Assembly (NCBI RefSeq): GCF_009914755.1
Contig: NC_060928.1
DNA length: 64,000 bases
Source: the human T2T-CHM13v2.0 reference genome, Homo sapiens
Reading direction: 5' to 3' (one strand)
Part shown: in pieces, positions 51,400 through 64,000 of the stretch
Position numbering within the stretch: position 1 is the first letter of the stretch
Layout of the letters: every line of letters starts with the position of its first letter
Notes under the pieces: model-generated
The model's database searches: none
Told to the model about the DNA's origin: nothing
Seen by the model: only the letters and a program-made list of their open reading frames with translations
Translations under genes and position numbers: made by a program

Positions 51400-52010
51400 C
51401 CCAGCTGGTCCCCTGCTCCCACCCTGCTGCTTCTATCTCCTCTGTGCCCAGCAGCAGCCAGAAGGACCCTGTCAAAACATCACCCTCTGCCCTGGGGATG
51501 TCGCTCCTCCACTCTGAGCCCTCTCACCACTCCCCACTGCTCTCAGAGAAAGAGTCTAATGATCCCAGTGGCCCCACACGGCCCTAACAATTCAGCCCCT
51601 GTTCCTATTCAGCCTCATCTCCTGTTCCTCTCTCCCTCCCAGCTATGTTGGCCTCCCTGCTGCCCCTTGAACCTGCTAGGCGTGCTCCAGCCATGGCACC
51701 TTTCGTGTCTGCTGTTGCCCTTGCCTGGAATACCCTTCCCCACTTCCTTCAGGCCTATATTTTAATCCCACCTTCACAGGAAGGCCTCCCCAGCTACTCA
51801 TCTAAGATGTCAACACCCCCAGCCCTTTCTCACGTTTCTTTCCAATGGCATTTCCCTCCGGGACACGTGTTATCTAAAATGCCATCGACTTCATCATCCT
51901 GTCCATCTTGTGGCTCCCGTCTGCCACAGGAGGGGTGCGTTTGCTGTGGTGTCCTCAGTACCTGGGGTGGGATTCAGTGTGTGGCAGGAGCTAAGTCCAC
52001 AATGATGGCA
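51400..52010 (+). mobile_element. L2 fragment
   Basis: cagcagccagaaggaccctgtcaaaac...ctgttgcccttgcctggaatacccttcccc...caccttcacaggaaggcctccc...cctcagtacctgg. Confidence 0.75.
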
Positions 52011-52564
52011 TGAGTGGGCTGCCCAAGTTCTTGGAGGATGAATAAGAGTTTTCCAGGTGGAGAAGAGCTGCAAGTACGGCCTATGCCGGGGCCCGAGACA
52101 GCAGAGAGAGTGGGTGTTTGGGGGCAGGAAGGATGGGCCCTGGATGGGAGCCCCAGGCTGCAGAGGCAGGTCCCAGGTGGGCGATGGGCTCTGGGTGTTC
52201 GCTAAGGAGTCCTGTCCTCAGCCAGGGGCAGCAGGGAGCTCTGCGGGCTGTTTAAGAACAGAGACAACATGACTGGCATATGGGAAGGGTGTGTGTGCAC
52301 ACTCACATGCTTGGGCGGGGTAACGTGGATGGGGTTTCCAATGGGAGGTGCTTTTGAGGACTCGTGAGACTCATCTTGGATAACTTTGATTAACCGCTGA
52401 GCACAATTTCTTACCTCTAGTGCAAATTTATCTTCAAGGACTCCATCCTCATTACGATAAGATAGTATTAAAAGGCTGCGGCAAGTTTCTCCAGGCTAGG
52501 AGAGGTAGCATCACAACAATAAAGAGGCGCCATCTTTGCTTTGCTGTCTTCAAAAATTTCAAAG

Positions 52565-52728
52565 CGTATATTTCATATCATCTAAAAACTCTCTTGGATG
52601 CACTCTAAGTTGCATCATTACTTTATTCACCCCTGAAGAATGGCGTTGATTATAAGCCACACTCTGATTTTAGAGATGTTAAGTTGTGGAAAATAAATGG
52701 AGGTCTTAGAATCAATGAAATGTGGTAA
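52565..52728. mobile_element. MER104/Kanga-like Tc2 DNA transposon relic
   Basis: Right end gattttagagatgttaag...gtcttagaatcaatgaaatgtggta and left end tatttcatatcatctaa resemble recalled Tc2 TIRs (CCGTATTTCATCGATTCTAAGA). Confidence 0.55.
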
Positions 52729-54594
52729 TAATGGAATGTACAGATATGTGCTATAGCATGCCAGTTTCTTTTTGTAAATGCATCCAGTCAAATTTATGTT
52801 CTGGGGGCTTAAGTGAAACAGGCTAGGACCTGCTGTAAATCACTAGGCACGTGCCCATGCAGGCTTCCTCAGAGGTGAGACCTTCCGGTTCATTCTGGAG
52901 AGCTGGCCTGGGAAGCATCTTGCAGGGGAGTGGGGCACCCCACCAGCGTGAGATGGGGCTTGGGAATTTCCAGGGGATGGACAATTTGCGAAGGAACAAT
53001 ACCATCCGCGGCATTGCAGCCATCAATAATCGCAATCAGATCTCGCGCTTCAGGGCGTAAGCTGAACTCTGGTGGAGGTGGAAAGGAATGTTTCTTCAAA
53101 TAGAACCCTGCAAAAATTTCCAGAGCATTCCTGCTCCAACTTTCCCCACCAGCACAGGCTCTCCAAGACCCTCTTTGCTCTGTAATCATTTCTTCTCACC
53201 CCTGAGGGCTGGTGTGTCCCACACAGTGGGCCCTGGACCAATGTGGTGGAGTTCAGGGATTTGCCACATGGAACAGAGCTACAGAGCAGGAGGCTGCAGG
53301 GTTGTTTCTGAGTAGGGGGCTGCTACCTCTCCATGTGCCTCAGTGGGCTTTAGAACATGAGCTTGCAGAGGTGGGGAAGGACTTCTAGTTTTCAACAACA
53401 TCTGGCTAGCAGCTTCCAATGAGGCCCCTCAGCATCCCTTATGAATATTTACAAAGACACAAAACAGACACAAATGCATATCAAGGAAAATGAAGAGTAA
53501 CTGGCAGTCTTATCCCAATCAGGGAGAGAGGATCTGTCAATGGAAGGCTGAGGAAGGTGGATGGAGAGAAGAAAATCTAGCCCTCTTTCCCTGGTGTGCC
53601 CAGCAGGAAGCACCTCAATCCTTGTCTCGGTCCTCCCTCTGTCTTGGGGACCATGGCATAACCCAGCTGAAAGCCACTTGCATCCATCATTGCTGGAGGG
53701 CTGCTTCTGGAACACGGGTGTCTGCCAGGAGTGGGCTGAGACTGTCTCCATGGCCAGAAAGGAGGCTGAGGCAGAGGGAGAGAGAGAGACTCAGGTGTGC
53801 CCAGTAATCAGCCCTCAGCATGTGGGGGTGGACGTCCAGGGGTAAGTGGACATGGAGGGCCCCATCCTTCCACCTTTGCACCCCTACTGAGAGACTGAAG
53901 CTTCTGGAAAGGAATGGGGCTGGCTAGGGATTTCTGGGAGGCATGCAGCTTGCAGGAGACAGCATCCTGAAGAGTGAATGCAGACTGTGACTTCAATGTG
54001 GATTTGGAACTGGACATCCAGGGGTAAAAGCTGGCTCTGTCATTAGAAAGCTCTGTGGCGTTGAACCTCAGTGTGCCCAGCTGGGAATGGAGCTTGGAGG
54101 CCATGCCTCCCTCCCCCAGGCTGCTTGGATGCATTTAGTGCCCCAGGGATTGGTTCAGAAGTGAGCTTGTTAAGTGGGTCATGGTGTCCAGGGGACCATG
54201 CTGGGGCTCTGACATGGAGACAATGTGGCCTCCGCACATCCCTCACAGGCGGAACAGAGCCCTCCCTCTGCCTCGTGCACTGCATTTTAACATCCCTGAC
54301 TCTAGGTTTGCAAACACATGTGGATCTCTCTCTCCTGCCCTCAGCCTGGATTTTATGAACTCAGCAATGTTCCCTCCTGTGACCTTTCACCCTTTCTCCT
54401 CTCTTCCTGGCATCCAGTCTGTCCAGCTAGCCCAAAAACAGATCCGGCTGGACAGACGTTAGACTGGGAACCCCTTTCCCCATAGGCAGATGCTGTGAAG
54501 TACTGAAAATACTGAAGTGGGGAACTTCGGGTGCACTGGTTTGGAATTGTTGGAAGAGGGCTCCGCCTCATTTATCCATCATGGGTGAGGGAGG

Positions 54595-54998
54595 TGTATT
54601 AGTCCTTTCCTGTGCTGCTATAAGGAAATGCCTGAGGCTGGGTAATTTGTAAAGAAAAGAGGTTTAATTGGCTCACAGTTTTGCAGGCTGTACAGGAAGC
54701 ATGATGCCGGGCATCTGCTTGGCTTCTGGGGAGGCCTCAGGAAACGTACAATCATGGTGGAAGGCAAACAGGGAGCCAGTACCTCACCTGGCTGGAGTGG
54801 GAGGAAGAGGAGGAGTGGAGAGTGGTGCTACACACTTTTAAACAACCAGATCGTATGAGAGCTCACTATCACAAGAATGGCAGCAACGGGGAGATCTGTC
54901 CCCATGATCCAATCAGCTCCCACCAGGCCCCACCTCCAACATTGGGGATTACAATTCAGCATGAGATTTGGGTGGGGACACAGATCCAAACCATGTCG
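54595..54998 (-). mobile_element. MSTA/B MaLR solo LTR
   Basis: tgtattagtcc...gctgctataaggaaatgcctgaggctgggtaattt...ccccacctccaacattggggattacaattcagcatgagatttgggtggggacacagatccaaaccat. Confidence 0.93.
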
Positions 54999-57900
54999 AG
55001 AAGGTTTGTTTGTTCATTTGTTCATTCTAAAATTGTGTGTGTGGAGCCTACTCTGTGTGGGCCTGGTGTATCCCACATCAGTGTCTTCTGGGGGAGGGGT
55101 GTCAGGCTGACTTGAAGGGAGATGGGGAGTCTTGGGTTCAACACCCTGCTCCCCCATCACGTGGTGCTTCCTGGCTCTGACAGCTGCAGCGCCCATGTCT
55201 CCAATGTGGCATGCCCACAACACGCGCTCTGTGGGGTTGTCCGTGTGTTTAACAAGATGATGGGTGTATCAGCACCTGGGCTGTCACCACCTAAGCCTGA
55301 CACCTTTTAATGCAAACACATTGCCTTTTCTGTTAATGATTTTTGATGAGAATCTCTCCAAAATGCATCATATAATTTTCTGGGAGTAAACGGGCATCTT
55401 CGTGGTTGCCAAGCGTGTCCTAGTTGGGCATAAGTGTCTCTAGTTTGTGGGTTGTTGGAGGCATTAGAAAGATGATATAGCTGCATCTGGCAGGCACCCA
55501 CTCAGAAAACAAATAGGATTGTTATGTTTCTCCATGACTCGAAGTCATGGTCAAGAGCATGAGGACAGGGCTGTAGGGTTGAGGGCTCTGCAGACAGGTC
55601 TGATCACAGAGTACTTTCCAATGAAATGTATCCAAATAAACCTGAGCAATCAATTTATTGATCCTTGATAGAGTACCTATCATGTGTCTGGCTCAGGGCT
55701 GGACACTGGATGGTGCCTGGAATCACCCGTGTCTGCTCTGCGATGTTGCCAGAGGAGACTGGACTGGGTAAAGGGGCGACTTTGTAGAGGCTGAATGTCC
55801 CCAGGCTGAGAGGCCTTGGGTCAACGTGGGTGCAGTTTGCAGATCTCCTTTCCTTTAGAATTTGGAGGCCAGACTTTCAGCTGTCACTTCCTGTTGCTGC
55901 TTGTGTACCTGGTTCTAGAATTTCTTCCCCTGGTGATTTTATGCTTCTGTTGTCCTGTGGTCCAGAAACCTGGATTGCTATTCTTACTAGTGTTGCAAGC
56001 AGACTAAGTAAACAGTCTGAGTAAGGAATGGAGGCAGTTCTCCAGCAAGGTGCATGAGCTTTGATGTGTAGTGTCGTGATGCTACTGCACTTCTATGGAG
56101 GGTCTGACTCTCTCCTGTCTCATTTATTCAACCATTCATTCATCAAATTTATATCGAGTACACACTCTGTGTCAAAAACCCGGGACTCCTAGTGTCCGAA
56201 AAAAGAATGCAAATGAAGTGCATCCAGGCAAGTGCCTGGACCGAGGCTTGGAGAGTGTGAGACGGTAGAGTGAAAACTTCGGGCTCAGTGGGGAGTTGCT
56301 CTGCTCATAATGCGTAACGGGGGCAGTTTCTGCCAGTTACTGGAAGGTAACACAGGTCCCTCTGTGTGAGCTGAGCAGCCACTGTTGCAAGTTTCCTTCC
56401 AGCCACCAGCCCCGCTCATAGCCTCCGTGGCTCCATAGAAGCCCTGGGAAGGGGCTTGGGGGCTGTTGCACTTTGGTCCCTGTTGCAGGTCAGTGTGTGG
56501 ATCATCCTCAGGGTGCTGCTGAGATGTCATGGGGCTTTGGAAGAGATTGCTCTTCCTGGGAAGGCAGCCTGCCCATGCCCTGTGCTGAGGGAGTGCCTGG
56601 AGTGCGGGAGGCCTGGGACCCCCATCTCAAGCTGTTCCCTCCGGCAGACAAGATACGTCCCCAGCTCCACCTTGGGGCAGGCGTCCTTCCACTCGCTGGA
56701 ACGGGCTTCATGTTCAGTCTGTTCTGTTCAGCCCCCAAACCCAAGCCATCTCTTCCTGGCCAGCTCCCTTGTCCTGATGTAGAGGAGGCCCCTGTATCTG
56801 AGAGGGCTGTGAGGCCCCCTTATTGCTGCCGCTTCCTGCCTCCCCCGCTCCAGGCCCCGGGAAACGCGCTGGAAACTCAGGTGGGCCTAATTCTTGGCCT
56901 ACAGCACTTTGCACCCAGGGAGCTTCCTAAAACCACTTCCCTGCTTGGGAGCTTCCAGCCCTTCCGGACTTCCAGATGAAATCTAAGCTCCTGAATGCGA
57001 TTTAGAAGGCAGGCCAGAGCTGACCTCATCTCTGTCTACTTCCCCTCCGGAACTTTCTCTCCAGCCACACCTAGTGGAGCAGAAGAGCTTCCATTCATCA
57101 CGCGGCAGACCCTGTGCTCAGAGTTGATGTGTGTGGGTGCATCCAACCCCGTGGGGAAACTGAGGCACAGAGCTCCGCTCAGTGGTAGGGCCAGGATTGG
57201 AAGGGAAGCCATGTGGCTCTGAATCTCATGACCAGTGGGCCGTTCTGTCCACACTAGAGTGACCCTGTAGCTGTTTCCTGCTTCTGGGCTTTTAAACACC
57301 TTGGCTATGTTAACTGTCCAGCCCCAGGACAGGAGAAAGCTCCTTCAGGAGGCTCTCCCTGCCCCCACGTCCTGTGAGGGTCTCTCCTGGGCTCCTTTGG
57401 CTGTGTATGGAGGGTGGGTGGGTGGGGATTCTTTTTTGCTTCCAAAAGCTCAGTGTAAACTTTCCTGCTGTGAGGAAGGAGGCAGGGGCTTGTGGAGTGG
57501 GAGAGGAGGTGAAGGCAGAGGAAAGAAGGGGGCTCATTTCTTTCGGAAGGAGCTTTAAGCCAAAGGTTTCTGTGACCCTGGCTGCAAATGGTCATCCCTA
57601 TCCCCAGCTCGCTGAGCGGGGGTCTCTGCCTGTGTGTGCCCCACACAGCAGCAGGGATGAGTGTGTTTGTGTGTGTGTGCAGCTTCTCCTCAATACAGAC
57701 GGGCTTTCCGTGACGAAGATGAGAAACGTGGCCCAGTAAGGTAACCAGGAGTCCTGGGGAGACAGTAGAACTTCTAGGGTCAGCAAGGTCCTTTGGGCTT
57801 GGGAATTTCTGGGGTAAGCTAAAGTTTCATGACATGCCGGCAGAAACTGTTGATTTACTTGAAAGTCAGGGGGAGAGATGATTGGATTAGACGGGGGAGA

Positions 57901-60844
57901 TGAATTGCTGCCTGTGCTCGGAACACCACTCCCTCCGGACTCTGAGCTTCTAGGAGCAAAATAATTTGGGGGTGGCCGTCTGCCCTGGCCAGTCAGCCTC
58001 TGGAGGGCCCATCCTGGGATGCTCAGAGCCAGCCTGCCTACCGTGCCCGTCCTCCTGCAGAGCGCTGGGTGCAGACATTCATCCGCCTGAAGCTCCTCAT
58101 CTGTGCACTGGGGCTTTGGACCTGATGGTGGCTAGGAGTGCCTAGCAGGAGATTCTGCAGCTCTGCAGAGTTCAGGGACAGCTCCGGGGGAGGCTGTACC
58201 CACTGGCCCTGGACATTGCGGTGTACAGGGGAGTGTCTGAGCACGTCTTGGCTTCGCTTGTGGATACCTTGTCATTGGTAGTGGGCCTGATCATTATGCC
58301 TGTGACAGATGAAGAAATTGAGGCACAGAGAGGCTCAGCAATTGGCTGAAGATTGCAGAGCAGCAGCAGAGCCAGGTCCCTATCCCAGGGCTCCCCGGTG
58401 CCCTCTTATTCATCTACAGCCCCACGCTGCACCCTGGGCCCAGCAGGAGCTGTGTTCATCAATAGCGTGTAAGTCCCCACCTGGTGGGAGGAGCTGCATG
58501 GGCATCACAGCCTCTAACATGGGCATCCCTCTCTCCTCTGAGCAGCCTGGAGTCTAAGCGCATTGCCAGCACTGATGTCTGCCTGGTTGGGACGAGTTCA
58601 CTGAACGTGACGGGGTCTTCGTTCTTCTTCATCATCAACTCCTCAGGCATCACAGGGCTTTGCCTCTGTTTTGTGAGAGGGGGCGGGGGGCAGACTATTG
58701 CGATGTCCCAAGAGTTGTTCATGAGGAAGGCAATTTCCACACAGCACAAACAGCCCAGGGTCTGCTTAGCCCTCCCTTTCCCACAGGTCCAGCTCTGTCT
58801 GTTGGGTGATGTTGACACAGGGCAAGGTGCCGGCTCTGCAGTGGTAGCGTGCCCAGTGTACATCTGTTTCATAGACCCAGGGACATTCCTCCTGGCCTTC
58901 CTTCAGCAGGTGTCTCTGAGCGCCCCTAATGTGTGGGCCCAGCACATGCGCTTATGGGGCCAGCTGTCCTTGGATGGGACGGGGACATCCAGCACAGAGA
59001 GCAGCCTTGCTTTGTGTTCTGTGTTTGCTGCCACCCAATGCTCCCTGTTTTCAAGCAAAATGGATCAGTTGGGATGCAGGTGCAGATAAAGGAGACCCCT
59101 TTAACTGGCTTACCCAGAAGGGATCTGACACAGGAATGACATGCTCTCTTAGAGCTTAGAAAGGCTTGAGAAGCAAGCCGAAGCCTGGATCTCCTACATT
59201 GGGCATCCAGAAAACCCCACAGGGCTGGCCACAGTCAGGAGGCCAGCCATTGCAAGTCCTCGTCCAGGGAACGACCCTTGAAGCCACCATCTACCCCTGC
59301 AAACGAATACCCCACCCACCACCTAATTTAAGTTTTGCTCCAGTGCTTCCTATGGGAGAACTGAAATCACAGCTGTGATCCTAGCTGTCTGTGAGGGAGT
59401 TCTGGAAATACAGTTTACACATTTTTCTGTATTGATACACCCCTCCTCCCTTTTTTGGTGGTGGTTCAAAAAGAGGAATTGAATGGCTTACAAAGATGTA
59501 AAAACAGTGTAAAAATAAAATCAGCAAGAAAAAAAGGAAAAACATCAGATGGAGCTAGGGACAGGCTTAGCAGATAAAATACTTGCAGCGTTGCTAAAGG
59601 TGGGGCAAAATGTGTCTGTGAGCTTCCCCACAGCCAAAGTAATAAGGAAAAGATGAAGCAGTCAAAGTAAACCAGTTGCTCAGGAGAGCCTTCCTGAACC
59701 GGATGGTGATGTCAGTGGCCACTGGGCTGGTCTCATGCTGTTACAATAAATGCGGTGGTCAGTTCCATTTCACTGTTACTTGTAACGGCTCAAAATGCAG
59801 TTTGATGGCTTCATCCCCAAGCCTAGTTCACTAAGATGTCTCTCACAGAAACCAAGACAGCCAGTTCAAGGGCGATCTTCCCTGCATTATCAAGGCATGG
59901 CGCAGGCCTTAGGTTTGCCTCTGTAAAGCGGGAAGTACGAGATTGAGTGTCCAGCCGCGGAATTACAGGGAGGTACGTGGGAAGGAGGGTGGAGTCCATT
60001 CATAGGTCTGCTGTGTTTGCAGAAACAGACGAAGGGAACATTTTGTACCTGTTGTGGGTAACATTTGTATTTACAGTTAACAGGACAAACTATAAATTTG
60101 GGCAAAATATCTATTTCTGGACGCACCTCCCCTCCCCCGCCCCCCAATTAATCCACTGTGTTACATTTTTGCAACTCTCAGGCAAAGGTGTCACCATCGC
60201 TAGGGAGACCCTTCCAGTTACATCCCAACTCCCAGCTGACCTTAAACTTCAGACCTCAAAGCTGTCCTTCCAAAAACTGACTGGACTCAGATCAAATGGT
60301 GTCGGCTGCAGCTTCTGATAATTTGGGATCATTCACGGTGCTGTGAAGTGATCAGTCTGGAATTCAGGCCTCTCTGTCTCCTTTTTGGGTGGCATGACTC
60401 ATATTTCCTAAGGACAAAAGAGTCAAGACTCAGGCAAAGCAGCCTACCTGGTCATATCTTCTACTGCAACTTCATCCCGGGTACCCACAGAGAAACAGGG
60501 ACTCAACACCCAGGAAATCACACGTGGATTTCTGTGCTCCGGTAGGAAGAGGGGCACTGGGTCTCTCCCAGGGCTCATATCAGCCATTTAAAAAAATGAC
60601 TGCACTCTCGAGAGGCGAGGATGGGAGGACTGGACCAAAATTGACTGTTGGAAAATGCCAGGGTTTTGAAACTGTTGTTAACATTTCCAGAATTTGTGTG
60701 AAAGAGTGTGTTCCTTCTTATTTAAACCATGGCAGGGTGGGCATTTGGGGAGCCCATCTCTTTTACTTCTTGCAGAAGGATAACCCCATCATCGTTCGCT
60801 CATGAGAGGAAGTACTGCCTGTCATTCTGGGAGGGCCAGTGTTT

Positions 60845-60990
60845 AGACATGATGTTTGGATGGCGTGGTAAGAATATACGTAGCTCTGTCAGGAACTGCC
60901 AAACTGTCTTCCAAAGTGGCTGTACTGATTTCAATTCCCACCATCAATGAATGACAGTTCTTTTTGCTCCGCATCCTCGCCAGCATTTTG
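60845..60990 (-). mobile_element. L1M fragment
   Basis: ggaactgccaaactgtcttccaaagtggctgtac...ttcccaccatcaatgaatgacagttc...ctccgcatcctcgccagcattt. Confidence 0.85.
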
Positions 60991-63202
60991 TGTTTAGGGT
61001 CCTGCCTCAGTTTCCCCTTTTGTAAAATACAGAGATGACTAGTACTGCATACGATGATTGTAGCAAGGGATGGATGCGCTACAATGAATGAATGAATGCA
61101 TGAATGATATAACCCAAGTACAGTGCTCAGTCAGCACCTGGTACCCGGTGAGGGCTTAGGAAGCGTCATTATCCAGCACTCGGTAGGCATGAGGCCAAGC
61201 TGCACAAATGAGTTAATATGTGAATAAATACTCAAAGCCCTTTCTCCCACTGCCCAAAGAGCCCAGTGTGAGGACTTAATTAGTTGAGTACAGCCCTGCC
61301 ACACCACAAATGCGAGTCGCGTGTCTGAACGTGCCCTGCCCACGGTATCTCTACATTTTTGAAGCACGGCCTCATAAAAGGAGAGCTATGATAAAACCCA
61401 GCAGAAAACACCCGGAGGCCTTCAGTGTTATTCATGCTGCACAAAAGTTTTTTCTTGTCAGGCTCACTGATGGAAGCAGAGCATGGGGTCACTCTTGCCA
61501 CAGCCGTGTTCTTGAGAAGAGGCTGCTGTTTCAGCGAGAAATCATTCTCTCTCGGGGGGACCATTTTGCCCATCTCCGCTTGTCGGTGATGGTGGCTGAC
61601 ATGTTGGCAAAACTGTCTCATTTCTCCGTAGCCCCTTCATTCGGGGTGTCCCCTCCTCCAGGCATCTGACTCACAAGGGGCTGTGTCCTGCAGCTGCGCT
61701 CTGGAGACCTTGCCCTTTCTCCTGCCTGCTGCGTCCCCTCCGCCTCCAGCACGTGGGCCTTTCTGTCCTGTTGCTGGGCTGTGCGTGCGTCCAGTCATCC
61801 TGGTCTTATTCTGGAGCCAAACAAGAGCGTTCCATCCTCTGTGTGTCTCTGGTCACCACCAGACTCACTCATGTCATTGCCATCTGTTTCTTGCAAACCC
61901 GGTGAAACTGCGAGCCTCCATTGGGCCGTTTGTGTGGGCAGTGAGTGGCCAAACCCTAGCCTTGATGGCAGCCTGGGGGCCGCAGGCTCCCCCATGAGAA
62001 TAATTGTGTTGCGGTCCCTCTTTCCTCTCACCTCCTGCCTTCCCTTCTGGGATGATCCTGTGTGCTAATCACAGCCGGGGCCTCTGAAGTTTCAGTGCCG
62101 TCTGTGGGTGGGGGCTGGGTTCCTTCTTATTCCTTTGCATGCCAGAGATGAGTGCCGAGGGACCGCATTTTCCAGGACTCGTGACATGGTGGCCATCTTG
62201 CACTCCCAGCTGCCTGGGCACACGCCAGTGTGTGATGGAAACTCCACGCACCCACTCCTGAAATTGCTTCCCTCGCCACTCTGCCTCGTGGAGCTCCTAA
62301 GGGGAAGGGGAACCTCACTTTGGCCCCCACCGCACTCCAGACTCATTCTAACCACAGGGCCTGGTTTCACTACTGTGGTTTTTCCCACGGAACTCAGCCC
62401 CGGGCCACCTTCATGGCTTGGTTCCTGGGAGGGAGGCTGTCATTACAGATGGGAAGATCCTATCAGTGCCGGCTGCTGCTGTTACCGTCTCTCTGGCCTA
62501 TGGGGCCTTTGCTCCCTAACGATGTTTAAATATCAACATGCAGTTATTCAAGGACTTCTTTGAAGGTTTACCAGAGTGATAGACATGTTTTTAAGACAGG
62601 ATCTTTTCCTCCACCCCTTTAAAAAGTAGATCACATTATGATGTTTGGGGAAAATCTCATGATTTCAATGCATAAGCCTGTATAATACCTTATTCATTCC
62701 GAATGCAAAGAACTCAGGATCACAGGGTATAAATGAACTCAGTTTGTATTGTTGGAGTGTTTTGTGCCATATGCTGTTCTGACTTAATGAGGATGTAGCT
62801 GTATATTATAAGGATCACCAAAGCAGCCTAGATCTGAGAATCTATTCTTAGCTCCCCCACTAATCATGGGGTGAGCCTGGGTGGGAGCCGGTGGGAAAGG
62901 ATAGCACAGCTGGTCTTTGGGTGGTGTCAGTCACGCCAGTGGCTGTAGGACCCTAGGTTGGAGGTGATTTGGTCCATAACACACAGATGAGGAAGGAAAC
63001 TGGGGCTGAGAGTGGTGTGATAGTCTCACCGCGAGGCTCAGCCAGCGGCAGGTGGTAGAGTTGGGATTCACACTCTAGGGGGTCTTGCCCTGTGGGACCC
63101 AGGGCTGTCATCAGCAAACGCCACCCACTAAGATGCTTGTCTGTGCCAGGATGGCTGGGAAGTGGGGGGTTCAGCATCTGGGGAGGGAAATCTAGGTAAG
63201 AA

Positions 63203-63370
63203 TTTACTCATTCACTGATTCATTCACACTCATTAATTCATTCATTCACTCATTCATTCATTCATTCATCCATTAATTCACTCATTCACCCATTCACTCA
63301 TTTATTCATCCATTCATTCACTCATTCATTCACCCATTCATTCATTCACTCATTTCTTCACTCATTCACT
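63203..63370. repeat. (CATT)n simple repeat, ~165 bp (L2 tail expansion)
   Basis: Directly visible, followed by L2-like text (caccatgttccaggcacc...). Confidence 0.95.
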
Positions 63371-64000
63371 CCCTCCCTCCTGAAACATCTGTGGAGTATC
63401 CACCATGTTCCAGGCACCTTTCTAGGACACCATGGTGAGCAAGACCCTGCCTCTTTGGGCTTCGTGTCCAGTGGGGGAGACAGATACTGAGCATGCATGT
63501 GTGATATGACATAAAGCAGCTGAGAGTTGGAGGAAGTTCGAGGACAGTTTCCCTGCGGGAGAGGGTCGAGGAGAGAATGACTTGAGGAAGAGGAGACGTG
63601 AATGTAGGCAGTTCTTTCCTGGGCTGCTTTGCAGGGGAGCAGAAGGTGGGTGTTGGCTGGAAGCAAGACCGGGGCAAAGTGCCTGGCACTCAGTAGGGCT
63701 TCGGTAGGTGTTTGTGGATTGAATGGAGAGTGCTTGAAACTGCTGCAGAGCCTCAGGGCGGGGGTCTGGAGTGATTCCAGGTTTCCCAGCTCCTGGATTC
63801 AGAGTCTCAGCCATTCACTCCAGGAACAGTGTTCCCCTACTCTGGGGTCATTTGATTTCGGCCACTGCTTAGAGTTTTGCAAAGTGGTCTCTGACCTGTG
63901 CCTGCCCTTGTGGGGTGACATTGGGTTGGCGGCAGTTTCTGCAGCACAGCAGCTCAGAAAAGCACTGTGCGGTGGGCAGTTCAAGGCCAGGGTTTCCACC

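Noticed and set aside
58484-59089. 201-aa hydrophobic ORF
   Set aside because: Non-ATG start, no recognisable domain or splice context, compatible with chance.

Overview
Primate, most likely human, GC-rich non-coding DNA (intronic or intergenic). It contains seven Alu elements, L1 3' fragments, MaLR/ERVL solo LTRs (THE1, MST, MLT1, MLT2), many degraded MIR and L2 fragments, a few DNA-transposon relics, four minisatellites and several simple repeats. I found no protein-coding exon, RNA gene, CpG island or CRISPR array, and I cannot name the host locus. The ORF track is consistent with chance ORFs plus repeat-derived frames. The most unusual signals are short, high-identity local duplications outside annotated young repeats: an 84-bp inverted repeat (37345-37428 / 37777-37860) whose arms contain a textbook 3' splice acceptor; a ~35-bp inverted repeat (23440-23474 / 24212-24247) containing a donor-like site; and an 82-bp direct copy 5.7 kb apart (7999-8080 / 13745-13826). 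Several AT-rich, homeodomain-motif-dense islands look like developmental enhancers. Repeat subfamily names and boundaries come from recalled consensus sequences and need RepeatMasker/Dfam confirmation.
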